DNA of 51,290 bases from a virus. Both the position numbers and the translations under genes were made by a program. The notes under the pieces are model-generated. The model was not told the origin of the DNA, searched no databases, and saw nothing but the letters and a program-made list of their open reading frames with translations. Positions 30,765-40,511 of the stretch are shown here, piece after piece (position 1 is the first letter of the stretch; the number at the start of each line of letters is the position of its first letter). The stretch lies in IMG/VR virus record IMGVR_UViG_3300009826_000027; one strand, written 5' to 3'.

Positions 30765-33700
30765 TTAGATGTCGCGCAGTTGCGCCATTTGATTCTCCGT
30801 TTGTCTATAGATCTCTGTTCTCGACAACGCTTTTGGCGAGACGTTTGTTTGGTTAAACGTATTATAAGTATTGCCATGCTCACGCGCCATTTCAACGAAG
30901 GCGCGCTCGGCGGATTCTTGTCGAGCTATGGCGTCCACTATGCGTTCCCCGAATGGCGTGTATTCTCTACCGGCGACAAGCATATCGGCAAGCGATGCAT
31001 AGCCACCGACACCTTCTCCGGCTACGATGACTGGTGTTGGGCCTAGTGGACCTACGCCAATAAGAGATGCGGCATCTATGACTCGCGCAATATTTTTCAT
31101 AATACTGGCGACCGCATTCTCTACTTGTTGTGCTAATACAACTAGCGCTTCGATAATGCGATGCGAAGCATATTCAGTTTCATAATAGAAACCATCACCT
31201 ATCTTTATAGCGCTATCTCCGCCAAACAAATACAACATATCTTTAAATTCTGTAAAGATTTTACTATGTTGTATACGATCAATTAATGAATCAACGCTCG
31301 CTACGATTTGATAGTATATACTATCTACATTACTAACAAAACCATCACCAATAGCATCTGCGTAGGTGGCGCCAGTATTAAAGAATGTTAATGTGACGCC
31401 CTCATTTATCGCATCTGTGGCATGCCGAAACTCTTCTACTACTTGCGTAGCCGTTTCGCTCTGCACAGTCTCAATAAATCCGGTACCTATTGCTTGCGCA
31501 TAGGACTCACCAACAGCTTCAAAAGTTGGTTTAAGTTGGATCATAGATTCCTCAGTAGTACGTTGGAATCCCGATACCATGGCTCTACCAGTTTCAACCA
31601 ACCCAGCAATCGTAGCCGCATTTATGGGCTCGATCATAGATTCGACCACAAAATCGGGATCGAATCCTGCCCGTTCCATCGCCCAATCGCGTACGTCTTC
31701 GTCGGAATATCCCATACGAGAACGTAGAATATCTGCTTGTTCCGAACTTACAAATTGAATAAATCGCGATCGTGCCGCAGACTGTTCCTGTCTAGCCTGC
31801 TCAAGTCGCTCTGTGTGCGACTCTGTATGATCTAGAATTGTTTGATCCAATTCATTTAAAGTTCTAATGTGTGTGAGTTGCTCGCGACGCACATCGTTAT
31901 AAGCTTCTCTTGCTTCGGTGGACGATGCCCCAAGAGTCGCTACCATTTCGTTATAGCGTTGAATCGCCAATAAAATACGCTCTTGCTGCGCATGCGCCGT
32001 AGCCATAAGATGTTCTTGCTGGCGTATAACGCGTTCGTCTTCCGTGGCCGTATCACCGTAAAGAGCTTCCCATAGATCTCTATGAAGATCGTACATTGTG
32101 GTTCGAATGTCAATCGAACCTAATTTTTCACGAAAGGCCTCCATGATACGCTGGGCCAGATTACGTGCCGCATCTTCGGCAGATTTGTTTTCATCTAAGC
32201 CATCAGCAATACCGTCGACGATGGGATAACCCACTTCATATTTTGGCACTCTAGCCGGAGAATGTATCTCTAGATTAGTTTGAAACTCTCTAACGATATT
32301 ATTAGATAAATTGCGTATCGCATTATTTAGAAAGGATTCTCGATCTCCGAAGCCATATACTAATCCTTCTATAATATTGCGCCCAACTACACGCATCTCA
32401 TTACGAAGAAGCGTATTGCTATTGCGAATTCTATCGCGAATAACATTTATAAGATTGAACGTCTCTTTTCGAAGCTCGTTATGTGCGGACGGGAGCACAC
32501 GAATTATGTCATCGATGATTGTGCTCATTGTCCCTGGGATATAACTCCCATTTTGATTGAGTGTATGGGAAATCACATACAGCCATGCATCAATGCTGCG
32601 CATTACTGTGGTGTGAGAATCATCGAATGCTGCCGTGAATTTTATTATACCATCGTTTGCTAAACGGGTAAGATTGGTGGAGAAATTTCCTACAGCAGTC
32701 ATGTTTATTCCTGCTATGCCTTTGGCGACCTCGACAAGTGCGCCGATACTATCTACAGCCCTATTAAGCGTGGAAATAGTAATCCCTCTAATACTCTCGT
32801 AATATTCTTGTAAACCAGCACCAAATTGAGCTGCTTGTCTACCAAAAGAGCCTAGATCCTGATTACCTCTGAAGAATTGTGCGACTCCTCCCTCTCTAGA
32901 GAGATTCGACGCTAAGGCGGAAAGAGCCATAGCAGCATTTGCTGAATTTTCAACTATCGAATAGTCTATGCCTTCGACGGAATTTGCATAGGCTTTAAGA
33001 TATGGGCCCAATTCCGCTGCTTCTTTACCAAAGTCAGAAAGACTTTTACGCCCAGCAAAGACTTGTGCGACACCCTCTTGTCGAGGAAGATTATGTGCGA
33101 GACGCGCAAGACATTTTGCCGCCGCTGCTGACGCCGATACGTAACTCATATCTAAGCCTGCTACAGATGTAGCAAAGGTAGTAATATGTGGGCCCAAGAG
33201 TGCGATCTCTTCAGCGAATCCTGCTATACTTCTACTACCAGCGAACACTTGCGCTATTCCATCTTGTCTTGGTAGATTATGAGCTAAGCGCGCCAAACAC
33301 TTTGCTGCCGTGGCGGCGTTGCTTATATCCTCTCCTGACAAGCCTTGTACCGATTCAGCGAACGCCTTTAAATAAGGCCCCAAAATCGAAATCTCTTCAG
33401 CGAATCCTGCTATACTCCTACTACCGGCAAATACCTGCGCTATTCCATCTTGTCTTGGTAGATTATGAGCGAGTTCGGCTAAGGTTTTAGCAGCAATTGC
33501 AGCCGCTTGTACGGAAGAAGAATTAAGTCCGGCTACTTTTTCAGAGAAAGCAACTAAGGCCGGAGCAAGTTCGAGTATTTCTTCTGTAAAGCTAGAAAGA
33601 TCTCTCGTGCCGGCAATGTTTTGCCATAACCCGCCTTCGGCAGGTAGATTCTGTGCAAATTGCGCCAAGGTATTGGCGGCATCGGCAGCAGCTTGTACCG

Positions 33701-36700
33701 CGCTACCATCTATTCCTTTAACCTCTTCATAAAAGGCTTTAATATACGGAGCAAGATTTGCGATTTCTTTTCCGAATCGCGCCATAGCCGATCCATCGCC
33801 CGTAAACCATGAAGTAAGACTATCAAGAATATCGGCCGCGGTTAATGCGATCATAATCGCGGCTAATGCGGCAACGCCTGCTACTGCGCGAGCATCTACC
33901 TTCCCGATATTATCGAAGAAGGGAGTGGCGCTCTCCATAAACGAGCCGAGAGCTTCTCCCATGCGGGGAAGAGCATCGGATATACCGCCCATTATACCAC
34001 CAACGATTGCGCCTAAGAAGTTTCCTAAACCTTCGCCGAGTTTAATGAGTAAATCTATACCTTCATTGATGATCCAATTAAACCCTGGTATTTGTGCCAG
34101 ACTACCAAGTAAAGTCAGTAACGCAGCTAGTCCACCGACAAATATCGCTAAGGCGGCCACAGCGCTTAACGCGCCTTTGGGATTGACTAGTCCTAATATT
34201 ATCATTGCTCCGGAGAGAGATAATATAAGTACCGATATAGATGCGGCTATGCCGATGACTGCTTCAACGCCCATTGTATTGAGTAGTATCAACATCGCCG
34301 ATACTACCGCCAGCATAAGTGCCATTCCGCCTAAAGTGATAAGCGCTTTACCAGCATATTTTTTAACTGCGGCTAGCGCGACAAAAGATGCTATTAATGC
34401 TCCAATTGCGGCGGTAAAGCCCCAGACATTGCCGCTACCGGTAACATCGAATACCGAATTAAGTATTCCGCGAACTACCGCAGCCCCGGCATCAACTATT
34501 TCTGGTATTCTTTCGCCAAGTGCATATAATGCGGCGATGATGACGTACATTAATATCGCAACCAATTGATATACTATTGGTCTGATATTTGTCTGTACGG
34601 CCTCAAGTATAGATGCTAGTCCTTCTAAAATTACCGGTACTAGCAATACTAAAGCATCGACCACTGCAACTACCAACACTACAACCGTATTGATCAGATA
34701 CGGTATAATATCACGGAACATATCAAGGATGCCTTTGAGTAAGTCGTGCGCGATACGAACTATATAAGGAACGAGGGCTAAAATAGCCGTTATAATAACG
34801 ACTAATGCGCCGGCAAAAACACTCGCTCCTGCTGCTAATGCAGTGAGTCCTGCCGCGAACGCTAATAAGCCCGTACCTATTAATACTAATCCGACACCTA
34901 GTAGTGTTATACTTAAGGCAAGACCAAGTATTGCCGGCACTAAAGGACCAAGTAACTTACCGGCCAATCCAACTACCGCGAATGCCCCAGCTAAAGCTAT
35001 CAGACCTTTAGCTATTTCTTCCCATGACATTCCACCAAGTAGTCGCAGCATAGGAATAAATATGGCTAATGCGGTCGACATTAGCAGCATGGCTGCTGCG
35101 GCACCAGTGGTGCCTCGCATCACATTCATCGCCACTGCAAGTATCAGCATGGATCCGGCTAATGCAACTAGGCCCCTAGCTATTTCTTGCCAAGTCATAC
35201 CCGCAAAGTTAGCGAGAGCACGTGCAAAAATGTGTAATGCTGCGCCAACCAATGCTAAGCCTGTCGCTTTATTTATCATGCCCTTCGGCATAAGATTTAA
35301 GGCCAGTGTAATGATGGTCAATGCGCCGCCCATACCAGCTAAACCACGAACCAGTGTGCCCCAATCCATGGCAGCGAAATGCATTAATGCTCGTGCAAAA
35401 ATGTGCATGGCTGCACCAAGAACAACTAAGCCGGTCGCCTTATTTATCATACCCTTAGGTAAAAAATTTAAAGCGATCACAACTAAAAGTAAGGCCCCGC
35501 CCATTCCCGTAAGACCTCTCGCTAATGTCGACCAGTCCATAGCTGCGAATGCTGCCACCGCCATAGCAAAGATATTCATGGCACCAGCCAAGGCTATCAT
35601 ACCTAAACCGGTAGATATTATTCGCTTAGGACTACCGAGTAAATATGTAAATCCGACAATCATACCAAGCATAATACCTATGCCAGTAAGACCACGGAAC
35701 ATCGCCTCCCATTCCATATCACCGAGACGACGTACTGCGCTAGTCAACATCATCAATGCGCCAGCAAAAGCTATCATACCTATGCCGCCGCGCACCATTT
35801 TAGGTGCTCCTGACGATAATGCTTTAGCAATGGCCACCAACATACCGGATAATAAGTATAATCCTAGTATCCCCCGCATCATCTGATCCATTTCTAATGA
35901 TGCGATCGCACGTAATGCAACGGCTAAAACTAATATAGCACCGGCAAGAATATAAAGTTGTACAACTTTACCAATGCCGCCACCTTTACTTTTACCCATT
36001 AACTCCATAGAACCTATGAGCGATGCGAATAGACCAGCAATCGCCACTAAAGATATAGTTAACTGATCCGCCGGTATTCGCGATAATACCCATAGAGCTG
36101 CAGCCAATATACCGATGGCGATGGCGATATTCATCAACGTCTTCGACTGTAAATATCTTTGATATTCGCCAAGAGAACGGCGAACCCCATCCAATACGCC
36201 TGTAATATTTGTACCGATACCGGAGAATGCGCCCATGGTATTACGAAGTCTTGTCATTATCTGATGGATGGTAACAAATATTGCTGCTATCGCGGCAGAA
36301 CTTATCAAATCGAAAATATCACTAAATTGTAAATTAGCCATCGATCGACGGATAATGTCGCCAATATCACGAATGGCGTTACCGAATACTTGTATTAATG
36401 GTGCCAGTATTGGCAAAAGAAATTGAACTGCTCTTACTATCCCATTAATTACTGTTTGGAATCCACGCGCAACCGCGGTTAGCGGTCTAAATCGTCCCTC
36501 TACCGCATCGGTAAACGCGTTAAACGGTCTTAAGTTTATATTTTCAAAGGCATTAAATGCCATAGAAATTCTTTGCACCGCCCAAGTGGCGCCATCCGCA
36601 ATATCTTGTAAAAGATTGCGGATGAAATTTAGAACTCTCTCAAAGTTCTCAGTGGACAACGTTCCTTCATTTAGAGCTACTAGGAAATCACCAATAGTTG

Positions 36701-38072
36701 CAGTAACTGATAAAAAACCATTGGCTACTGGGAATAGATGTCCCACTAACATTCCGAAAACTCTAAATATAGAACTCAAAGATCGTCCGAGTATGTTGAA
36801 TAAGGCGAACACGCCGGCAAAAGTTCGTTGTAATCTATCTAATGTATGTTCGGATATAGATATCGACTCCGCCCATTGGCGAAATCTGGCGGATAAATCG
36901 GCTAATATTTCGCCAGTCATGGGAGGAAATATTAGTCTAAATGCATCGGTGACTGTGCGTATAACTTGACCTAATTGACTTAGGACCGCTCGCATACCTT
37001 CGATTATGTCTTCACGGCCACCAAGCTCGGACCATGTAGCGAGCATGGCATTTCTACCATCTTGCATTGGTCCTATTATACTAGTCCACCAATCAGATAT
37101 TTGCGTAAATAGCCGAGCGGACTGTTCTACGTCGCCAATAACTAGACGCCATGATTCAATCCAGCCTTTAGCAACCACATTAGTCATTTGCTCTCTCAAA
37201 CGAGAAAGGGTCTGTACTCTAGTCGCGGCCTCGGCCATTTGTTCATTGGCGTACAGCATCTGTGCGGCTAATCGCATGGCGTCGCCAGAAATTCGTTTGC
37301 CAAATTCCTGAGACTGATCGATCATATCCCTAAAAGCGACTTCACCATTAAGGACCATGTCACGATGCGCGGCATCAAGATCGCCAACCGCATAAGCCGC
37401 TTCGACAATGGTATCTACCAATGCGACGCCACCGATGCGAGAATAAATCATATCCCATTGTACAAGGCTACCTATTCCTCGATACATTGTTCGAGAATAG
37501 TATAACATAGCACGCTCGACATCGCTCGTGCTGGCGCCCAAATAGGCCCCTGCATTAGCAAGGCCCATTATTGCCTGTGTTGATTCTTCCAGTGGAATTC
37601 TAGCTTGAGTCATAGTCTTTAATGCGTCGACTAGACCAGTTACCGTCGAAACAGAAACTGCCGCATATTCCTCTAGAACTTTGATTGACGCATTGACGTC
37701 TTGCATGGTACTACCATGCATTGCGCCGGCATTTGCATATATTACTCTGGTTCGCTCCATAATATGTTCATAGCCGCGAAATCCTTCAATAATATTACCA
37801 AAGATCATTTGATGGGCGGTCGATAGTCCCCAATCCATCAATCGATTCGTGATGTTGCCGATAGCCGCTATGGCGACCCGTTCGAGGTTACTAAAACCTA
37901 CTTTTATTTGGGCCACATTGCTATCTACTTTTTGTAGACCCTTCTCGGCGCCTGCCATAGCGAGTGCCTGATTAAGATTGGCTAATGATTTTTTTGATTG
38001 CGATATGCCACTCTCAAACTGCTTATTGTTGAATTGCATATGCACGACACGATTATCGACTGTTCTACTCAT
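30765..38072 (-). CDS. Tape measure protein (2435 aa)
   Basis: It is the largest ORF and lies between the chaperones and Dit. It is mostly alpha-helical and Ala/Gly/Leu-rich, with a long hydrophobic central region and internal tandem repeats. Confidence 0.9.
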   Translation of the reverse strand: MSRTVDNRVVHMQFNNKQFESGISQSKKSLANLNQALAMAGAEKGLQKVDSNVAQIKVGFSNLERVAIAAIGNITNRLMDWGLSTAHQMIFGNIIEGFRGYEHIMERTRVIYANAGAMHGSTMQDVNASIKVLEEYAAVSVSTVTGLVDALKTMTQARIPLEESTQAIMGLANAGAYLGASTSDVERAMLYYSRTMYRGIGSLVQWDMIYSRIGGVALVDTIVEAAYAVGDLDAAHRDMVLNGEVAFRDMIDQSQEFGKRISGDAMRLAAQMLYANEQMAEAATRVQTLSRLREQMTNVVAKGWIESWRLVIGDVEQSARLFTQISDWWTSIIGPMQDGRNAMLATWSELGGREDIIEGMRAVLSQLGQVIRTVTDAFRLIFPPMTGEILADLSARFRQWAESISISEHTLDRLQRTFAGVFALFNILGRSLSSIFRVFGMLVGHLFPVANGFLSVTATIGDFLVALNEGTLSTENFERVLNFIRNLLQDIADGATWAVQRISMAFNAFENINLRPFNAFTDAVEGRFRPLTAVARGFQTVINGIVRAVQFLLPILAPLIQVFGNAIRDIGDIIRRSMANLQFSDIFDLISSAAIAAIFVTIHQIMTRLRNTMGAFSGIGTNITGVLDGVRRSLGEYQRYLQSKTLMNIAIAIGILAAALWVLSRIPADQLTISLVAIAGLFASLIGSMELMGKSKGGGIGKVVQLYILAGAILVLAVALRAIASLEMDQMMRGILGLYLLSGMLVAIAKALSSGAPKMVRGGIGMIAFAGALMMLTSAVRRLGDMEWEAMFRGLTGIGIMLGMIVGFTYLLGSPKRIISTGLGMIALAGAMNIFAMAVAAFAAMDWSTLARGLTGMGGALLLVVIALNFLPKGMINKATGLVVLGAAMHIFARALMHFAAMDWGTLVRGLAGMGGALTIITLALNLMPKGMINKATGLALVGAALHIFARALANFAGMTWQEIARGLVALAGSMLILAVAMNVMRGTTGAAAAMLLMSTALAIFIPMLRLLGGMSWEEIAKGLIALAGAFAVVGLAGKLLGPLVPAILGLALSITLLGVGLVLIGTGLLAFAAGLTALAAGASVFAGALVVIITAILALVPYIVRIAHDLLKGILDMFRDIIPYLINTVVVLVVAVVDALVLLVPVILEGLASILEAVQTNIRPIVYQLVAILMYVIIAALYALGERIPEIVDAGAAVVRGILNSVFDVTGSGNVWGFTAAIGALIASFVALAAVKKYAGKALITLGGMALMLAVVSAMLILLNTMGVEAVIGIAASISVLILSLSGAMIILGLVNPKGALSAVAALAIFVGGLAALLTLLGSLAQIPGFNWIINEGIDLLIKLGEGLGNFLGAIVGGIMGGISDALPRMGEALGSFMESATPFFDNIGKVDARAVAGVAALAAIMIALTAADILDSLTSWFTGDGSAMARFGKEIANLAPYIKAFYEEVKGIDGSAVQAAADAANTLAQFAQNLPAEGGLWQNIAGTRDLSSFTEEILELAPALVAFSEKVAGLNSSSVQAAAIAAKTLAELAHNLPRQDGIAQVFAGSRSIAGFAEEISILGPYLKAFAESVQGLSGEDISNAATAAKCLARLAHNLPRQDGIAQVFAGSRSIAGFAEEIALLGPHITTFATSVAGLDMSYVSASAAAAKCLARLAHNLPRQEGVAQVFAGRKSLSDFGKEAAELGPYLKAYANSVEGIDYSIVENSANAAMALSALASNLSREGGVAQFFRGNQDLGSFGRQAAQFGAGLQEYYESIRGITISTLNRAVDSIGALVEVAKGIAGINMTAVGNFSTNLTRLANDGIIKFTAAFDDSHTTVMRSIDAWLYVISHTLNQNGSYIPGTMSTIIDDIIRVLPSAHNELRKETFNLINVIRDRIRNSNTLLRNEMRVVGRNIIEGLVYGFGDRESFLNNAIRNLSNNIVREFQTNLEIHSPARVPKYEVGYPIVDGIADGLDENKSAEDAARNLAQRIMEAFREKLGSIDIRTTMYDLHRDLWEALYGDTATEDERVIRQQEHLMATAHAQQERILLAIQRYNEMVATLGASSTEAREAYNDVRREQLTHIRTLNELDQTILDHTESHTERLEQARQEQSAARSRFIQFVSSEQADILRSRMGYSDEDVRDWAMERAGFDPDFVVESMIEPINAATIAGLVETGRAMVSGFQRTTEESMIQLKPTFEAVGESYAQAIGTGFIETVQSETATQVVEEFRHATDAINEGVTLTFFNTGATYADAIGDGFVSNVDSIYYQIVASVDSLIDRIQHSKIFTEFKDMLYLFGGDSAIKIGDGFYYETEYASHRIIEALVVLAQQVENAVASIMKNIARVIDAASLIGVGPLGPTPVIVAGEGVGGYASLADMLVAGREYTPFGERIVDAIARQESAERAFVEMAREHGNTYNTFNQTNVSPKALSRTEIYRQTENQMAQLRDI
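32780..33800. repeat. About 180-nt (60-aa) tandem repeats inside the tape measure (5-6 units; approximate bounds)
   Basis: Repeated peptide is ...AAKCLARLAHNLPRQDGIAQVFAGSRSIAGFAEEI..LGP.... Near-identical DNA occurs at about 33211-33290 and 33391-33470. Confidence 0.8.
34880..35900. repeat. About 174-nt (58-aa) hydrophobic tandem repeats inside the tape measure (approximate bounds)
   Basis: Repeated peptide is MDW.TL.RGL.GMGGAL....ALN.(L/M)PKGMINKATGL...GAA(M/L)HIFARAL. Confidence 0.8.
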
Positions 38073-38446
38073 TTAGTGAGCTCCCTCCACATACTTTCAA
38101 CGATTTCGTCAAGTACTGGCTCAATAGCAGGATTGATATAATCCTGTGCGGGAACCCAGCCGCCAGTACCAGTGACATGGCCGTGTTGAATACCCATTGC
38201 TATATGAAATCCGTGATTTGTTGATTCGTTTGTAAAGGTGAGTGTTATCGAGCCTTGCTCGCTAGTGACTGTATAATCCCAAGCGTCAGCGGTTATGCCA
38301 GAGCGCTGAGGAGTAGCGTCACGTAATTTTTCGACGCCCTTTCGTCCATGCTCATGGAGAATTTGCTCGGGACTTAATTTTATCGCACGCTCAAAAAATG
38401 CTTTTGTTATGTCAAAGTCCCCTGTAGATGAAAACTTTACTCCCAT
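38069..38446 (-). CDS. HK97 gp10-like tail-component protein, in an atypical position directly upstream of the tape measure
   Basis: ATPQRSGITADAWDY and IAMGIQHGH resemble the gp10-family aP..TG.L and YA..vE.G patterns. ATGA overlap with the tape-measure start. Confidence 0.4.
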   Translation of the reverse strand: MGVKFSSTGDFDITKAFFERAIKLSPEQILHEHGRKGVEKLRDATPQRSGITADAWDYTVTSEQGSITLTFTNESTNHGFHIAMGIQHGHVTGTGGWVPAQDYINPAIEPVLDEIVESMWRELTK

Positions 38447-38475
38447 TTTGAATGTATTTTTTGGGTATTATAAAG

Positions 38476-39384
38476 TTAGACTCGTTGTGTATGATCTAGC
38501 GCGATCCAACCGACCTTGGATTTCAATCTACCCCAACGATTTGCGCCTGGACCATTGGTTTCTTGTACTATCGTCACAGCAATTCCTGGAGGAGTTCGCA
38601 ACACTTGCAAAATTGAGGTGTTAGTTCCTGGTCCTGAGCGCACATTAAGCGCAGCGACAGTTGGTCGTACTATGTACGAATCAAAAGGCACAGGAACACC
38701 AGGAGAAGGAATCGTAGGAACTATAGGTCTGAGCACAGACGTCCCTAACGCAATATCTTTTGAGAATCGTATTGGTTTTTTACCACTTAAACGACTATTA
38801 ATCTCTTCTGTCAACCAAGGTAGATTGCGCACAAAGAATGGTCCAGGACATGCTGTAGCAGCATACCATTGATGTAACGTGATCAACATCGCTGTTTTTG
38901 GCGCGTTCCAAGAAGCTATCCAAGCTTCGGTCGCTGTCCCATTCGCTATTCCCGCTGGACGAGGCTTATACATGACACTTGTATAGCCATAAAACTTACA
39001 GATCTCGACTGCTAGATCTAACCATGCGTTAAGTGCCGCATCACTCATAGGCCAATCAGGAGCTCCGCCATGATTAGCGATCTCAAATGTGATCGCTTCA
39101 TTATCGTTGATTTCCGAGGAACTGGTCCATGGTCTATTGGTTTCTTCCAAGCCCAAACCAATATTTCCATTAGACCCAATTGCATATGTCGCGCTGACTC
39201 GGTTTGGAACATCGCTTCTAATGAAATTTTGCAGTCCGAGCGTGCGCTCGGCAGTAAGATTTCCTGCCACATGATGTGGCGTTAATCTTCTAACCGGGCG
39301 ATTTCTTGGAACATGTCTATTTGGAGATATTTTCTCGAACGATGCCATGGGACTTCCACGTCTAGTCGGATTATTCTTCGCCAT
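38476..39384 (-). CDS. N-acetylmuramoyl-L-alanine amidase (Amidase_2/PGRP type) with a C-terminal SH3b domain; endolysin or virion-associated lysin
   Basis: LTPHHVAG...ATYAIGSNG...NDNEAITFEIANHGG matches the T7-lysozyme-like amidase pattern. The C-terminal VAALNVRSGPGTNTSILQVL...RWGRLKSKVGWIAL is SH3b-like. ATG 39384 is preceded by GGAGGA. Confidence 0.8.
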   Translation of the reverse strand: MAKNNPTRRGSPMASFEKISPNRHVPRNRPVRRLTPHHVAGNLTAERTLGLQNFIRSDVPNRVSATYAIGSNGNIGLGLEETNRPWTSSSEINDNEAITFEIANHGGAPDWPMSDAALNAWLDLAVEICKFYGYTSVMYKPRPAGIANGTATEAWIASWNAPKTAMLITLHQWYAATACPGPFFVRNLPWLTEEINSRLSGKKPIRFSKDIALGTSVLRPIVPTIPSPGVPVPFDSYIVRPTVAALNVRSGPGTNTSILQVLRTPPGIAVTIVQETNGPGANRWGRLKSKVGWIALDHTQRV

Positions 39385-39508
39385 CTTCAAGTCCTCCGCA
39401 AGTTTCTATAAAATGATCATATACCGATTGAGGGATCTCGCCTTCTTCGCCGATTAACGAAAGTTCGTCGACTTCATAGATCATTTCTTCTATCTTATAA
39501 GAATCCAT
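39371..39508 (-). CDS. Possible 45-aa acidic peptide (not in the track)
   Basis: My translation gives MDSYKIEEMIYEVDELSLIGEEGEIPQSVYDHFIETCGGLEDGEE*. It fills the gap between the chaperone and the amidase. Confidence 0.3.
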   Translation of the reverse strand: MDSYKIEEMIYEVDELSLIGEEGEIPQSVYDHFIETCGGLEDGEE

Positions 39509-39513
39509 TATAC

Positions 39514-40065
39514 TCATCCTTTCGATTTATGTCGTTTACGACGAGCAGCATTCAAAGTTGCTCGTTTACTTATGGCATCAGAAGTCATTCCTTTTTTCTT
39601 TTTATCAGGAGGAGCATTCTTGATGCCACATACTCTGATCAAAGTAAGTAATCGATTAATGTGCCATCGTTGGCATTCGATTGGTATTTGATTTGCTGTC
39701 ATCATCCAATAAAGTAGCTCCGAAGTTACGACATCTTTATCGCCTTTTTTAGATTCTTCTTCGGCAAACCAAGTAGCGGTCATAGAATCCTTCATATAGG
39801 CGGTTATTTCATCTACATTCTCAGCCGTCAAACTCATGTATGCCTCGCTCCTTATGTTTGGGGTGAGTGACATACACTCAATGTAATCTCGGAACTGCTC
39901 GGGAGTTTTGTCTTCTTTTGAAAAAAATGGTTTTTTCCATTTAGACTCCCATTTTGAAATGGAAACGAGAGAATGGTTTAATCGAAGACGTTGTCTCGGA
40001 ATAGTTATAAACTCCCCAGTATCATCATTAAACCATTCTCTCGCTGTCAGTGTTATCTCCAACAT
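39514..40065 (-). CDS. Tail assembly chaperone (Listeria A118 Gp15-like)
   Basis: LNHSLVSISKWESKWKKPFFSKEDKTPEQFRDYIECM matches, by recollection, the Phage_Gp15 pattern. The C-terminus is basic. Confidence 0.55.
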   Translation of the reverse strand: MLEITLTAREWFNDDTGEFITIPRQRLRLNHSLVSISKWESKWKKPFFSKEDKTPEQFRDYIECMSLTPNIRSEAYMSLTAENVDEITAYMKDSMTATWFAEEESKKGDKDVVTSELLYWMMTANQIPIECQRWHINRLLTLIRVCGIKNAPPDKKKKGMTSDAISKRATLNAARRKRHKSKG

Positions 40066-40073
40066 TTATCTGT

Positions 40074-40466
40074 TTACGCAGGTGCTGGTATGCGCGACTT
40101 ATTATCGGGCATTTGTGGGATTATCGAATTTATAAATTCTGTCGCCACTTCTGCGTCCATGGCCAGTAACATATAGAAATCTGAATATGCATTTGTTTCC
40201 GAAAATTCTTTTGATAATTCTGGCGACTTAATAAATCGTCGCCCATCTGGCGATTTCTCGCCATATGACAACATTATTAGTTCTTTGAACATGGCGATGA
40301 TGGCGGGGGAATCTTTCGAATCGACAATAGTCTGTAACTTTCGCGACATGCCCCCTGCTTCTTTTAGCTCCATTTCCATCATTTCCGCCTTCGAGAGATT
40401 AAAATAGAAATCTTCTTTGATTTCTTGTCCCTCGAAATTTTCATAGGTTATTGTGCGTTTATACAT
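40074..40466 (-). CDS. Tail assembly chaperone
   Basis: Small acidic protein directly after the major tail protein gene. Confidence 0.5.
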   Translation of the reverse strand: MYKRTITYENFEGQEIKEDFYFNLSKAEMMEMELKEAGGMSRKLQTIVDSKDSPAIIAMFKELIMLSYGEKSPDGRRFIKSPELSKEFSETNAYSDFYMLLAMDAEVATEFINSIIPQMPDNKSRIPAPA

Positions 40467-40511
40467 AGTGACATTCTCCTTCCAAGATGAATTTAAAATA
40501 TTGTGGCCTGC

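Noticed and set aside
29816-30895. N-terminal extensions of track ORFs: 29816..30895, 42079..44097, 22057..22503, 41732..42154, 45270..47069 and 48102..48569
   Set aside because: The extensions overlap the preceding gene by 35-180 nt and have odd, Arg/Lys-rich composition. Internal ATGs with AGGAGG-type sites sit right at the upstream stop codons.
33925-35886. Long plus-strand ORFs (214 aa and 347 aa) inside the tape-measure gene
   Set aside because: They are the antisense frame of a repetitive Ala/Gly/Leu-rich gene, and their products are low-complexity Ala/Pro/Ile-rich. The minus-strand 2435-aa ORF explains the region.
39514-40466. Programmed -1 frameshift joining the two tail-chaperone ORFs (G/GT type)
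   Set aside because: The upstream ORF ends with ...CCAGCACCTGCGTAA and has no slippery heptamer nearby. The downstream ORF has its own ATG 8 nt later. Nothing in the sequence requires a frameshift.
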